A stretch of DNA of 64,000 bases from Candidatus Limnocylindrales bacterium (GTDB taxonomy: Bacteria > Chloroflexota > Limnocylindria > Limnocylindrales > CSP1-4), in the NCBI GenBank assembly GCA_036570185.1, contig DATCPH010000076.1, forward strand, positions 2,322 through 66,321. Reading direction: 5' to 3'. The translations under genes and the position numbers were made by a program. The notes under the pieces were generated by a model. It made no database searches and was not told the origin of the DNA. It saw nothing but the letters and a program-made list of their open reading frames with translations. This document shows, piece after piece, positions 19,515-28,878 of the stretch (positions are counted from its first letter, which is position 1; the number at the start of each line of letters is the position of its first letter).

Positions 19515-19930
19515 CTCGCCGACCCCTTGTCAAGGTTGCGCGCCTCCTCGGCCGAGGCTGCGACCTCGTTGAGTGGCAGGCCGATGCTGGCCTGAACGGC
19601 AGCCACGACGGCACCTTCGACGAGCGGGCCCGATGAGATGGTCACGGCGCCGGTCAGGCTGTCGCCCAGCATCTCGACGGCCGACTCGCTGGCCAGAATC
19701 GCGCTCCCGAGGTCGCCCAGGACGAGCACTCCGGCAGCCGAATCCATCTGCCGGATCGCGTCGGCGATCCGGTCAGCGTCAGTGCCGATCGAGCCGTCGG
19801 GCGCGCCGCCGACCGCCGCAAACCGCATCCGGTCGCCGGCCATCTGGGCGGCAACCTCGACGACACCTTCGGCCAGGCGGCGGGAGTGGGAGACGACGAC
19901 GATTCCGACGAGCGGCTCGGTTTCGCTCAT
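19511..19930 (-). CDS. dhaM: PTS-dependent dihydroxyacetone kinase, phosphotransferase subunit DhaM (EIIA-Man-like)
   Basis: 'LVGIVVVSHSRRLAEGVVEVAAQMAG'. The in-frame ATG at 19930 gives 'MSETEPLVG'; the ORF-track start at 19990 adds 20 basic residues. Confidence 0.75.
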   Translation of the reverse strand: MSETEPLVGIVVVSHSRRLAEGVVEVAAQMAGDRMRFAAVGGAPDGSIGTDADRIADAIRQMDSAAGVLVLGDLGSAILASESAVEMLGDSLTGAVTISSGPLVEGAVVAAVQASIGLPLNEVAASAEEARNLDKGSAR

Positions 19931-20198
19931 GGCGACTCGCTCATGGCGGCGAGGGTACTCCTCTCGTTCGTCGCGCCGGGCCGACCCCAAAGGTCGCTGG
20001 TGGACGACACGTTCGGGACTCCCGGCACTCGCCGGGCGGCCGAAACGATTGCCCCCCGCTCGACCCGCCTGGAAGGGCTCGGGTCGAGGCCCACCCCGGG
20101 GCCGCGCGTCCCGCTGCCTGACTCCCTCGTCACGGGATGGAGCGGGGCGAGTCGGGGGCGCGGTCCGGAGCGTCGAGCTCAGCGCCCGACTGGATCGA

Positions 20199-21698
20199 TC
20201 AGTGCTCGACCCAGTCGAAGGTGCGAGTCACTGCCTTCTTCCAGAAGCGGTACTCCTTGTCCCGCTCCGCCGAATCCATGGACGGCTGCCATTCCTTGTC
20301 CTTCGCCCAGTTGGCCCGCAGGTCCTCAACCGCCGACCAGAAGCCGACCGCGAGGCCGGCCGCGTAGGCGGCGCCGAGGGCCGTCGTTTCGGCGACCTTC
20401 GGCCGGATGACGGGAACGCCGAGAACGTTGGACTGGAACTGCATGAGCAGCTCGTTGTAGACCATGCCGCCGTCGACCTTGAGGGCCGTCAGCGCGACGC
20501 CGGAGTCGGCGTTCATCGCGTCGAGCACCTCACGCGTCTGCCACGCGGTCGCCTCGAGCACGGCTCGAGCGATGTGACCCTTGTTCACGAACCGCGTGAG
20601 ACCCGCAATGACCCCGCGGGCCTCGCTCTTCCAGTACGGAGCGAAGAGTCCCGAGAAGGCCGGAACGAAATACACGCCGCCGTTGTCGTCGACGGTCTTG
20701 GCGAGCTCCTCGATCTCCGGCGACGTCTTGATCATCCCGAGGTTGTCGCGCAGCCATTGCACGAGCGCCCCCGTGATCGCGATCGAGCCCTCCAGCGCGT
20801 ACACGGCCGGCTGGTCACCGATCTTGTAGCCGAGGGTCGTGAGGAGGCCGCTCTTGCTCGGCACGGCCTTGGTCCCGGTATTGAGGAGCATGAAGCAGCC
20901 GGTGCCGTACGTGTTCTTGGCCTCGCCGGCGCTGAAGCACGTCTGGCCGAAGAGGGCTGCCTGCTGATCGCCGAGATCGCCGGCCACCGGCACGCCGGCG
21001 AGGTCGCCGGTGGCCGTGCCGTACACGGCGCTGGAGGCTTGGATGGCCGGCAGCATCGAGCGCGGGATGCCCATGAGCGACAGGATCTCGGGATCCCAGT
21101 CGAGGGTCTCGAGGTTCATCAGCATGGTCCGGCTGGCGTTGGAGACGTCGGTCACGTGGACGCCGCCGCTCGTGCCACCGGTCAGATTCCAGATGCACCA
21201 CGTATCGATGTTTCCGAAGAGAAGGTCGCCGGCTTCGGCGGCCGCCCGAGCGCCATCGACGTTGTCGAGGATCCACTTGACCTTGGGACCCGAAAAGTAT
21301 GTTGCGAGCGGCAGGCCGACCTTCGCGCGGAGTCGGTCCTGGCCACCGTCCTTGGCGAACTCGTTGATGATCGTGTCCGTACGCGTGTCCTGCCAGACGA
21401 TCGCGTTGTGCACGGCTTTACCTGTCCGGCGATCCCAGACCACGGTGGTTTCGCGCTGGTTGGTGATGCCGACCGCGGCCAGATCACTCGCGGCGATCCC
21501 GGCCTTGGCCAGGGCGCCCTTCGTCACCTCGACGCAGCGGGTCCAGATCTCGCCCGGATCATGTTCCACCCAGCCGGGCTTGGGGTAGATCTGTTCATGC
21601 TCCTTCTGATCGATGGCAACCACCTGGCCGGCATGATCGAACACCATGAACCGGGTGCTGGTGGTGCCCTGGTCGAGAGCACCGACGTATTTCGCCAT
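20199..21698 (-). CDS. glpK: Glycerol kinase
   Basis: '[25 protein letters not shown]...' is collinear with FGGY-family GlpK across its full length, 499 aa. Confidence 0.95.
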   Translation of the reverse strand: MAKYVGALDQGTTSTRFMVFDHAGQVVAIDQKEHEQIYPKPGWVEHDPGEIWTRCVEVTKGALAKAGIAASDLAAVGITNQRETTVVWDRRTGKAVHNAIVWQDTRTDTIINEFAKDGGQDRLRAKVGLPLATYFSGPKVKWILDNVDGARAAAEAGDLLFGNIDTWCIWNLTGGTSGGVHVTDVSNASRTMLMNLETLDWDPEILSLMGIPRSMLPAIQASSAVYGTATGDLAGVPVAGDLGDQQAALFGQTCFSAGEAKNTYGTGCFMLLNTGTKAVPSKSGLLTTLGYKIGDQPAVYALEGSIAITGALVQWLRDNLGMIKTSPEIEELAKTVDDNGGVYFVPAFSGLFAPYWKSEARGVIAGLTRFVNKGHIARAVLEATAWQTREVLDAMNADSGVALTALKVDGGMVYNELLMQFQSNVLGVPVIRPKVAETTALGAAYAAGLAVGFWSAVEDLRANWAKDKEWQPSMDSAERDKEYRFWKKAVTRTFDWVEH

Positions 21699-21743
21699 GA
21701 GACTTCTCCTGTCTGCCTGCTCCGTTCTACCTGGTTGCCGAGC

Positions 21744-22376
21744 TCAGTCACCTCGCCCGAGCGTGTCCCGCAGGGTCTCGAACAGGATTGTGGTGCTCGT
21801 CGCACCGGGATCCTGGTGTCCCACGGAGCGCTCGCCGAGATAGCTGGCCCGGCCTTTGCGCGCGATGAGCGGCGTGACGCGGTCGCGACCGTCAGCAGCG
21901 GCTTGTGCCGCGGCCACGAGCGCGGCGCTGAGATTGCTGGAGGCTCCAGCCTCGAGCGCCCCCACGGCCGGCGTCATCGCGTCGACCATGGTCTTGTCGT
22001 CGAGATTCGCCTTGCCTCGGGCGACGACACCTTCGAGCCCGGCTCGGACGGCTGCTGCCAGGTGGGCCGGGTCGACCTCGTTGGCGTCGCCGAGTGCCGT
22101 GCCGAGGCGCAGGAAAAATGTGCCGTAGAGCGGGCCGCTTGCGCCACCCACTGTTGAAATCAACTTCATGCCGGCCTGCTTGAAGAGCGTACCGGCGTCG
22201 CCGTCGCGAAGGGCCGGCAGGATCTCCCGGACGGCGGTCATCCCCCGGTCCATGTTGATGCCGTGGTCGGCATCGCCGATGGCCGAATCCAGCTGCGTCA
22301 GCTCCTCACGTGCATCGCGGATCCGGTCGGCAAAGAGCTCCAGCGACGAGGCGAGCTCGGCAGTCGTGATCGCCAT
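21744..22376 (-). CDS. dhaL: Dihydroxyacetone kinase, ADP-binding subunit DhaL
   Basis: 210 aa. 'DADHGINMDRG' and 'GGASGPLYGTFF' are DhaL signatures. Confidence 0.85.
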   Translation of the reverse strand: MAITTAELASSLELFADRIRDAREELTQLDSAIGDADHGINMDRGMTAVREILPALRDGDAGTLFKQAGMKLISTVGGASGPLYGTFFLRLGTALGDANEVDPAHLAAAVRAGLEGVVARGKANLDDKTMVDAMTPAVGALEAGASSNLSAALVAAAQAAADGRDRVTPLIARKGRASYLGERSVGHQDPGATSTTILFETLRDTLGRGD

Positions 22377-22409
22377 GGCTTACTCGCCTCGATCAATCAC
22401 GCGTGCCCC

Positions 22410-23408
22410 TCAGACGCCCCAGCGGAGAGCGGGTGTGTGGACCGGTGCGTCCCAGTACCGGACGAACTCGTCATCGAGCTTGAGGAGGGTGATCGAGCAG
22501 CCTGCCATCTCCAGCGAGGTGATGTAGCTGCCGACGAGATTCCGCTCGATCGTTACGCCGCGGCCATCCAGGATCTCGGCCAGCTTGCGGTAGACCACGT
22601 ATAGCTCGATGAGCGGCGTACCACCCATCCCGTTGACGAAGGCGACGACTCGATCGCCGCGGTTGAACGGCAGGTCCTCGATGATCGGCATCGCCAGGGC
22701 CTCGGTGATCTCGTCGGCCGTGGCGAGCTTGCGGCGCTCCCGGCCCGGCTCACCGTGGATGCCGACTCCGATCTCCATCTCGTCGTCGCCGATCTCGAAA
22801 GTCGGCTTGCCGGCGGCGGGCACGGTGCACGAGGTGAGGGCCATGCCCATCGAGCGAACGTTGTCCTGGACCTTCTCGCACAGCGCCTTTACCGTCGCCA
22901 GGTCGGCTCCGGCTTCGGCCGCGGCGCCCACGATCTTCTCGGCCAGGACGGTGCCGCCGACGCCGCGGCGACCCGCGGTGTACAGCGAATCCTTGACCGC
23001 GACGTCATCGGCGATGACGACGGCTTCGACGTTGATGCCTTCGGCTTTGGCGAGCTCGGCCGCCAGGTCGAAGTTCATGATGTCGCCGGTGTAGTTCTTG
23101 ACGATATGCAGGATGCCGGCACCGCCGTCCACCGCCTTGGTCGCGGCCAGCATCTGGTCCGGGACAGGGGACGTGAAGACGGCACCCGGGCAGGCCGCAT
23201 CGAGCATCCCGAGCCCGACGAAGCCGCCGTGCATGGGCTCGTGGCCGGAGCCACCGCCCGAGATGATTCCGACCTTGCCGTGCCGCGGGGCGTCGCGCCG
23301 GACGACGATGTTGGGTTCCTCGATGCGGATCAGGTCGGCGTGGGCACGCGCCATGCCGGCGAGCTCCTCGTCGACCAGTCGATCGGGTGTGTTGATGAGC
23401 TTCTTCAT
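22410..23408 (-). CDS. dhaK: Dihydroxyacetone kinase, DHA-binding subunit DhaK
   Basis: '[29 protein letters not shown]' and 'VNGMGGTP'; 332 aa. Confidence 0.9.
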   Translation of the reverse strand: MKKLINTPDRLVDEELAGMARAHADLIRIEEPNIVVRRDAPRHGKVGIISGGGSGHEPMHGGFVGLGMLDAACPGAVFTSPVPDQMLAATKAVDGGAGILHIVKNYTGDIMNFDLAAELAKAEGINVEAVVIADDVAVKDSLYTAGRRGVGGTVLAEKIVGAAAEAGADLATVKALCEKVQDNVRSMGMALTSCTVPAAGKPTFEIGDDEMEIGVGIHGEPGRERRKLATADEITEALAMPIIEDLPFNRGDRVVAFVNGMGGTPLIELYVVYRKLAEILDGRGVTIERNLVGSYITSLEMAGCSITLLKLDDEFVRYWDAPVHTPALRWGV

Positions 23409-23508
23409 CGCTCCTCCGGCCGCTCAGCGGCTAACCGTCGGGCGGTAGTCGGGCCGCCCGACGCAATCGACTATCTGCTTTATGAAGATGTCGTGTGACG
23501 AGCGGTGA

Positions 23509-24267
23509 CTAGCCTGTCGTCCCCATGATGTGAACCATGAAGTTCGTGAATGCGAGGTTGTAGACAAGCCATGCCAGGGCGCCGCCGACGAGCGGACCAA
23601 CCACGGGGATCCATGAGTAGGACCAGTCGGAGTCGCGCTTCCCCGGGATCGGCAGCAGGAAGTGGGCGATGCGTGGCCCGAGGTCACGGGCGGGGTTGAT
23701 CGCGTACCCTGTCGTGCCGCCGAGCGACAGGCCGATGACGACGACCAGGAGGGCAACCGGCAGAGCGCCGAGGGAAGCCAGGCCGGCCTTGCCGTTGTTG
23801 CCGAAGGCGAAGATCACGAACACGAGAACGAAGGTGCCGATGACCTCGCTGACGAAGTTCCAGACGGTGCTGCGGATCGCCGGTCCGGTGCTGAAGACCG
23901 CCAGCTTGAGGTCCGCGTTCTCCGTTTCTGCCCAGTGCGGCAGATAGTGCAGATAGACCAGCACCCCACCGAGGAAGGCGCCGACGAACTCCCCCGCCCA
24001 GTAGACCGGCACGGCATCCCACGGGATCCCACCGTTGAGGGCAACCGCGAGAGTGACCGCCGGGTTGAGATGGGCGCCGCTGATGGGTCCGGCCACGACC
24101 ACGCCGCAGAAGACGGCCAACCCCCACGCGAACGTGATGACGATCCAGCCGCTGTTCTGCGCCTTCGAGCGGTTGAGCAGGACCCCGGCGACGACGCCGT
24201 CCCCGAGCAGGATCAGCGTGCCCGTTCCCAACACCTCCGCCAGGAAGATCTCCAATGGATGCGCCAT
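23509..24267 (-). CDS. glpF: Aquaglyceroporin / glycerol uptake facilitator (MIP family)
   Basis: Two NPA boxes, 'SGAHLNPAVT' and 'GYAINPARD', with six transmembrane helices. Confidence 0.9.
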   Translation of the reverse strand: MAHPLEIFLAEVLGTGTLILLGDGVVAGVLLNRSKAQNSGWIVITFAWGLAVFCGVVVAGPISGAHLNPAVTLAVALNGGIPWDAVPVYWAGEFVGAFLGGVLVYLHYLPHWAETENADLKLAVFSTGPAIRSTVWNFVSEVIGTFVLVFVIFAFGNNGKAGLASLGALPVALLVVVIGLSLGGTTGYAINPARDLGPRIAHFLLPIPGKRDSDWSYSWIPVVGPLVGGALAWLVYNLAFTNFMVHIMGTTG

Positions 24268-24334
24268 GTTTCACCCTCCACTACCACTAGACCGAACCTA
24301 GACGGCCGACGCGCGGGGTTCCCGCCCTCGAGAG

Positions 24335-24380
24335 GCAAAGAAAAAAGTCCGCGCCTCGGCATCACTGCCGAGACGGGACT
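24335..24380 (-). terminator. Intrinsic-terminator-like hairpin plus U-tract in the glpF leader. It has an overlapping alternative (antiterminator) pairing and is a presumptive GlpP target.
   Basis: On the minus-strand RNA: ccgucucggca-guga-ugccgaggcgg (11-bp stem), then acUUUUUUcUUU. The upstream 'gggac' at 24392-24396 can instead pair with 'guccc' at the 5' flank of the stem. Confidence 0.55.
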
Positions 24381-24415
24381 TTTCACATCATGTCCCGAGG
24401 AAAGGCAAAACGGTT

Positions 24416-25018
24416 CTACTCCTCGGCGAGGATCGTTGTCAAGGGGCCCCGGGCCCGATTTCGATTCGGTTGCGGAATCGACGACAGAGCTTCGGCCAAT
24501 GCCTCCGCCGCGGACGGGCTGAGCGCGATGCTCTCAGCGAGGCGCAGACAGGACAACGCTTCGTCATAGCTGCCGATGAGCCCGTAGGCAAGGACGGGAT
24601 GCGGCAGGAGGTCCAGCTCGGCACGCGACATGTGCATCAGCACGAGGCCCGGGGTGATGACTGTGCCGACCCCCGGACGTCGGGGATGCTCGGCGAGCGA
24701 GCGTCGTAGCCCGGTCGAGTCCAACGCGAGACAGTGCACGAGGCCGAGCCCACCCAGATCGGCTACTCGGGCAGCGATTGCCGGACGTCGCGTCAGCACG
24801 ATCGCGATCCCGAGCCACTGGACGACGAAATCGACTGCCGCTTCGTCGGCATTGAGCCCGTGCACCGTGTCGAAATCGAGCGCGAGCGCCGGACCGGCAT
24901 TCGCGGCGCACTCCACGACGGTCGCAAGGTCGATGTCGCGCAGCATGAGACCGGGGTTGAGGCCCTCGAGGCCCTTGGGCATGTGGCGGCCCGCCTGAGC
25001 AACCAGGACGCGCGGCAT
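24416..25018 (-). CDS. GlpP-family glycerol-3-phosphate-responsive antiterminator, paralogue 1. The start is uncertain and could extend to 25096.
   Basis: 'PRVLVAQAG...LMLRDIDLATVVECAANAGPALALDFDTVHGL...GTVITPGLVLMH' follows the GlpP fold pattern. An ATG at 25018 gives 'MPRVLVAQ'. Confidence 0.6.
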   Translation of the reverse strand: MPRVLVAQAGRHMPKGLEGLNPGLMLRDIDLATVVECAANAGPALALDFDTVHGLNADEAAVDFVVQWLGIAIVLTRRPAIAARVADLGGLGLVHCLALDSTGLRRSLAEHPRRPGVGTVITPGLVLMHMSRAELDLLPHPVLAYGLIGSYDEALSCLRLAESIALSPSAAEALAEALSSIPQPNRNRARGPLTTILAEE

Positions 25019-25088
25019 GTGAGGCCGGCCAGGATCGGGCGCCAAGGGATGACGGGCGAGCGGCGAGCGGTCGGTCGCCAGCGAACCC

Positions 25089-25697
25089 TCAGCCATTGAA
25101 CGTCCACAGGTTCGCAGAACTCGTGGTCACGCCCACCGCCCCTGCCGCGAGGATGGCCCGGACGTCGGCCTCGGTGCGGACGAACCCCCCCGCCAGGACC
25201 GGTACCCGGAAGCCCGGCATGAGGTGCGCAACCGATGGCAGGACCACGCCAGGGAGAATCTCGACAATGTCCGGATCCGAGCGACTGATCGCACTGAGGG
25301 CTCCGTCGAGATGGCTTCGGCGTGAGAGCAGCAGTCGCTCGACGGCGACGGCGCCTTCCTGCCGGATCACCGAGATCAGCTGGCCGTGGGACGTAATGAT
25401 CGCGTCCACCCCGGAGCGGGCGAGCCAGCTCACCCCCGCCGCGTCGGCCCGCACCCCGTCGATCAAGTCGAGGTGCGCAGCGACGAGCTTGCGGGCATCG
25501 TGCGCGCGTCTGACCGTGGCGCCAAGCAGCAGCCCGTTGCCACGCAGGATGAACAGGATCGGGACGCGGCTTGCGAGCGCGGCATCCAGCGTCGCGTCAG
25601 ATACGATCGCCGCGCAGCACGGCGCATCCGCGAGGCGGGCAACGAAGTCGTTCGCAGAGGGCGGCGCGTATGTCACCATCGCCAGCCCGGGATTCAC
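25089..25697 (-). CDS. glpP: GlpP glycerol uptake operon antiterminator
   Basis: 'VPILFILRGNGLL...GVDAIITSHGQLISVIRQEGAVAVERLLLSRRSHLDGALSAISRSDPDIVEILPGVVLPSVAHLMPGFRVPVLAGGFVRTEADVRAILAAGAVGVTTSSANLW' is collinear with B. subtilis GlpP. GTG start. Confidence 0.75.
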   Translation of the reverse strand: MNPGLAMVTYAPPSANDFVARLADAPCCAAIVSDATLDAALASRVPILFILRGNGLLLGATVRRAHDARKLVAAHLDLIDGVRADAAGVSWLARSGVDAIITSHGQLISVIRQEGAVAVERLLLSRRSHLDGALSAISRSDPDIVEILPGVVLPSVAHLMPGFRVPVLAGGFVRTEADVRAILAAGAVGVTTSSANLWTFNG

Positions 25698-25815
25698 CTC
25701 GCATGATGCTTCTTAGCCGCTGCGGAAGCATAGCTCGCGCGTCGACCCGGCCCCCGAATGACGGCTGGATCCGCAGGGTCCGGGCGGGCGCCGTGGCCTT
25801 CGCCGAGATGGCTTT

Positions 25816-27084
25816 TCAGGGCTCTCCCACGACGAGCGCCGCGTTCAAGCCGCCGAAGCCAAACGACGTCGAGAGCACCCGCCGATAACGGCCCGGTCGG
25901 CCAACGCGCAGGAGGCCGGGCAGGCGAGCGGCGATCTCCTCATCGGGTACCTCGAGGTTGATCGAGGGCGGAGCCCAGCTGTCGCGGATCGTCAGGGCGG
26001 CGATCGCCGCCTCGATCGCGCCGGACGCGCCGAGCGGATGCCCGTAAAAGGCCTTCGTCCCGCTCACCGGAACAGTCTTCGCCCGATCGCCGAGGGCCAG
26101 GACGATCGCACGGGCTTCGGCCAGGTCACCGATCGGCGTCGACGACGCATGGGCGTTGACGTAGTCGATCTCGTCGGGCAGGTCGCCGCCGTTTTCGAGG
26201 GCGATGCGCGCGGCGCGGGCCGCTTCGATGCCATCGGCCCGAGGCTGGACCATGTGGTGGCCGTCGGACGTTGCGCCGTAGCCTCGAACCTCGGCGTACG
26301 GCAGCGCGCCCCGGCGTTCGGCGTTCTCGGCGAGCTCAAGGATCAGGAGGGCCGCGCCCTCGCCCATGACGAAGCCGTCTCGACCGGCGTCGAACGGCCG
26401 GGCGGCACGTTCTGGCTCTTGATTGCGGTGGGTGGACAGGGCCCGAATGATGTCGAAGGCGCCGAACGCGAGCGGGCTGAGCGGGACTTCGACGCCGCCC
26501 GCGATCGCCGCGTCGATCTCCCCTGATCGGATAGCGCCCAGCGCCTCGCCGATCGCGACCGTTCCCGACGCGCACGAGTTCGCTGTCGAGAGGATCGGTC
26601 CGCGGATGCCCATGGCGATCCCGAGATTGGCCGGCGCCGCCCCGCCAAAGACGGCCAGGGCAAGGGTGGCGGAGACGGAGCGCAATCCGCGCGCGAGGTA
26701 CCGCTCGTGCTGCTCCTCGGCGTAGGCGATGCCGCCGAGCGCGCTGCCCAGGTAGATTCCCGTGCGCTGGGCAAGGGCGTCGCCGAACTGGCCCGGATCG
26801 AGCCCGGCGTCGGCGAGGGCGAGGCGCCCGGCGACGAGCCCGAACTGGCTGAATCGGTCGAGCTGCCGGGCGGTCTTGGGGTCCATGTAGGCGAGTGGGT
26901 CGAAGTCATCGACCTGGGCCGCAACCTGCGAGCGGAAGGGACTCGGGTCGAAACGATCGATCCGCCGAACCGGCGAGGTCGTGGCGCACAGGCCGGCGCG
27001 GAACGCATCGACGCCCGTGCCGGCCGGGGTCACAACGCCGATGCCCGTGATCCAGACTCGCCGTTCAGTTGCGGTCGGTGACAT
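25816..27084 (-). CDS. Beta-ketoacyl-ACP synthase II (FabF-like condensing enzyme), stand-alone
   Basis: 'RVWITGIGVVTPAG', active-site 'STANSCASG', 'HASSTPIGD' and 'GHPLGASGAIE'. ATG at 27084, inside the longer ORF 25816..27534. Confidence 0.85.
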   Translation of the reverse strand: MSPTATERRVWITGIGVVTPAGTGVDAFRAGLCATTSPVRRIDRFDPSPFRSQVAAQVDDFDPLAYMDPKTARQLDRFSQFGLVAGRLALADAGLDPGQFGDALAQRTGIYLGSALGGIAYAEEQHERYLARGLRSVSATLALAVFGGAAPANLGIAMGIRGPILSTANSCASGTVAIGEALGAIRSGEIDAAIAGGVEVPLSPLAFGAFDIIRALSTHRNQEPERAARPFDAGRDGFVMGEGAALLILELAENAERRGALPYAEVRGYGATSDGHHMVQPRADGIEAARAARIALENGGDLPDEIDYVNAHASSTPIGDLAEARAIVLALGDRAKTVPVSGTKAFYGHPLGASGAIEAAIAALTIRDSWAPPSINLEVPDEEIAARLPGLLRVGRPGRYRRVLSTSFGFGGLNAALVVGEP

Positions 27085-27086
27085 GG

Positions 27087-27608
27087 TCACGTGGCCTGAT
27101 ACGTCGCCGGAGGTGATTCGGACGTCGCGAGCGTCTCGGCCAGTGCCCGGAACGTCGCCAGCGTGCGAGCGGCGATCGGCCGGACGAAGAATCGGTTGGC
27201 CAGATTCGGGAAGACATCTGGGCCGGCGACCGTCCCCAGGACCGGGAAACGAAGTGCGCGGCTGAAATCGTGGTCGATCGAGATGCGGCAACCGCCGTCG
27301 GTCGGCTCGATGCGCCAGGTCACGTCCATCCCGGCACTGGCGCCGCCCAGGTGTCGAAACCGGAGGCGGCGCAAGGTGGGTTCGGACCAGGTTCGCGCAC
27401 GCCATACGACCGGGAGGCCGAGGCCCAGAACCTCGATCAGCGGCCGGCGAGCGACCATCTCGGCCGTAATCGACCCGTCGGCGTGCCGGGCCAGCACCCG
27501 AACCCGGACGTAGTGCGGCAGCAGTCGAGGCCACCGTTCGACATCTCTGGCGAGCTCGAAGACGAGGTCGGCCGGAGTGGCGACGTCGAGCGAGATCGTC
27601 GAGCGCAT
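27087..27608 (-). CDS. SRPBCC (polyketide cyclase/dehydrase, START-like) family protein
   Basis: 'MRSTISLDVATPADLVFELARDVERWPRLLPHY...' at about 170 aa is typical of Polyketide_cyc2. Its stop lies 2 nt from the KAS start. Confidence 0.6.
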   Translation of the reverse strand: MRSTISLDVATPADLVFELARDVERWPRLLPHYVRVRVLARHADGSITAEMVARRPLIEVLGLGLPVVWRARTWSEPTLRRLRFRHLGGASAGMDVTWRIEPTDGGCRISIDHDFSRALRFPVLGTVAGPDVFPNLANRFFVRPIAARTLATFRALAETLATSESPPATYQAT

Positions 27609-27636
27609 CAACCAGACCGCCCGACCGCGGAACCGT

Positions 27637-28878
27637 TCACGGGGCCAGGAGCTCGGCGAGGAATCGAGGATTGAGGGCCCGGCCGGCGGGCACGAGGTCT
27701 CCCATGACGAGCCCAAGCGTTTGTCGGACGCGTACCCGTTCGGCGATTCGCCGCGCCGCGTATTCCAGGAGCGGCGGTTGTCCGAGGAAGGCCTGCACGA
27801 GCCAGCTGAGACGGTCCTTCATCGCGAACTGGGACGTCATCGCCCTCGCGTACGTACCCCTGGCGCCCGGGCGGCCGGCGAGCCAGCGATCGACGCACAG
27901 AGCTGCGAACTCAGCCGAGACGAGGGCGCGATGGATGCCTTCACCCGTGAATGGGTCCAGGAATCCGGCGGCGTCGCCGATGAGCCACCACCCTGGTCCC
28001 TCGCGGCGGGTCACGCGATGGCCGACCGGTGCGGCTCCTTCGATCGAATCGCAAATCTCGTCGAGGTGCCACGGGCCCGGATCGTCGGCAGCCGGGGCGA
28101 TGCTCGCCAGGATCTGCGCCGCAACGCCTTCGGCGCCCTCGCCCCTCAGTCGGGCGCGCCAGGTCGGCCCCAGGACGATCCCGACGTTGAGCCGGCCGCG
28201 CGGCACTGGCGCGAGACCCACGTATGCGTCGGCCAAGATGCCCATGCGGGCGTCACGAGGGGTGTCGCGGCGCGGATCAGCCAGATGGAAGGTGAGGCCG
28301 ACGCGATCGAAGCGGGGTCGGCGTGCGACGCCGAGTGAGCGGGCGACCGTCGATCGGATGCCATCGGCACCGATGACCGCCCGAGCGCGTTCGGTGGACG
28401 GGGCGGCGCCCCGGCCGGCCGCGTCGGCCACTCCGGTCCCTGGGGCCAAATCGACGTCCAGTGTCGTGCCCCCACCTGAGGTCGGCCTCACGCCGGTGAC
28501 GCTCACGCCGGTTCGGACCTCGACGCCGGATTGCCGAGCGAGGTCGAGTAGGGCCGGATCGAGCCTCGCCCGATCGAGCCCCACAGCCGGAGCCGACAGC
28601 GACCCATCGTCCCCGTAGGTCAGCCGGAAGGTCGCGCCTCGGGACGTCTCAACGCGCATCGCCGGGATCGGTTGGACGACGGCCGCGACGGTCTCCGGAT
28701 CGAGGCCGATGCGGCGCAGCGCACCGACGGCCGCCGGCGAGGCAAAGACCCCACCCGCGCGCCAGCGGTAGGCGGCCGCGCGCTCCACGAGGGCGACCTC
28801 GCGGCCGGCCCTTGCCAGGAGGGTCGCGACTGCGGCCCCCGCCGGCCCACCGCCGACGACCAGCACCTCGAGGGTCAC
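27637..28878 (-). CDS. FAD-dependent oxidoreductase (geranylgeranyl reductase / class A flavoprotein family, MenJ-like)
   Basis: 'LVVGGGPAGAAVATLLARAG', 'GADGIRSTVAR' and 'GDAAGFLDPFTGEGI'. Confidence 0.75.
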   Translation of the reverse strand: MTLEVLVVGGGPAGAAVATLLARAGREVALVERAAAYRWRAGGVFASPAAVGALRRIGLDPETVAAVVQPIPAMRVETSRGATFRLTYGDDGSLSAPAVGLDRARLDPALLDLARQSGVEVRTGVSVTGVRPTSGGGTTLDVDLAPGTGVADAAGRGAAPSTERARAVIGADGIRSTVARSLGVARRPRFDRVGLTFHLADPRRDTPRDARMGILADAYVGLAPVPRGRLNVGIVLGPTWRARLRGEGAEGVAAQILASIAPAADDPGPWHLDEICDSIEGAAPVGHRVTRREGPGWWLIGDAAGFLDPFTGEGIHRALVSAEFAALCVDRWLAGRPGARGTYARAMTSQFAMKDRLSWLVQAFLGQPPLLEYAARRIAERVRVRQTLGLVMGDLVPAGRALNPRFLAELLAP

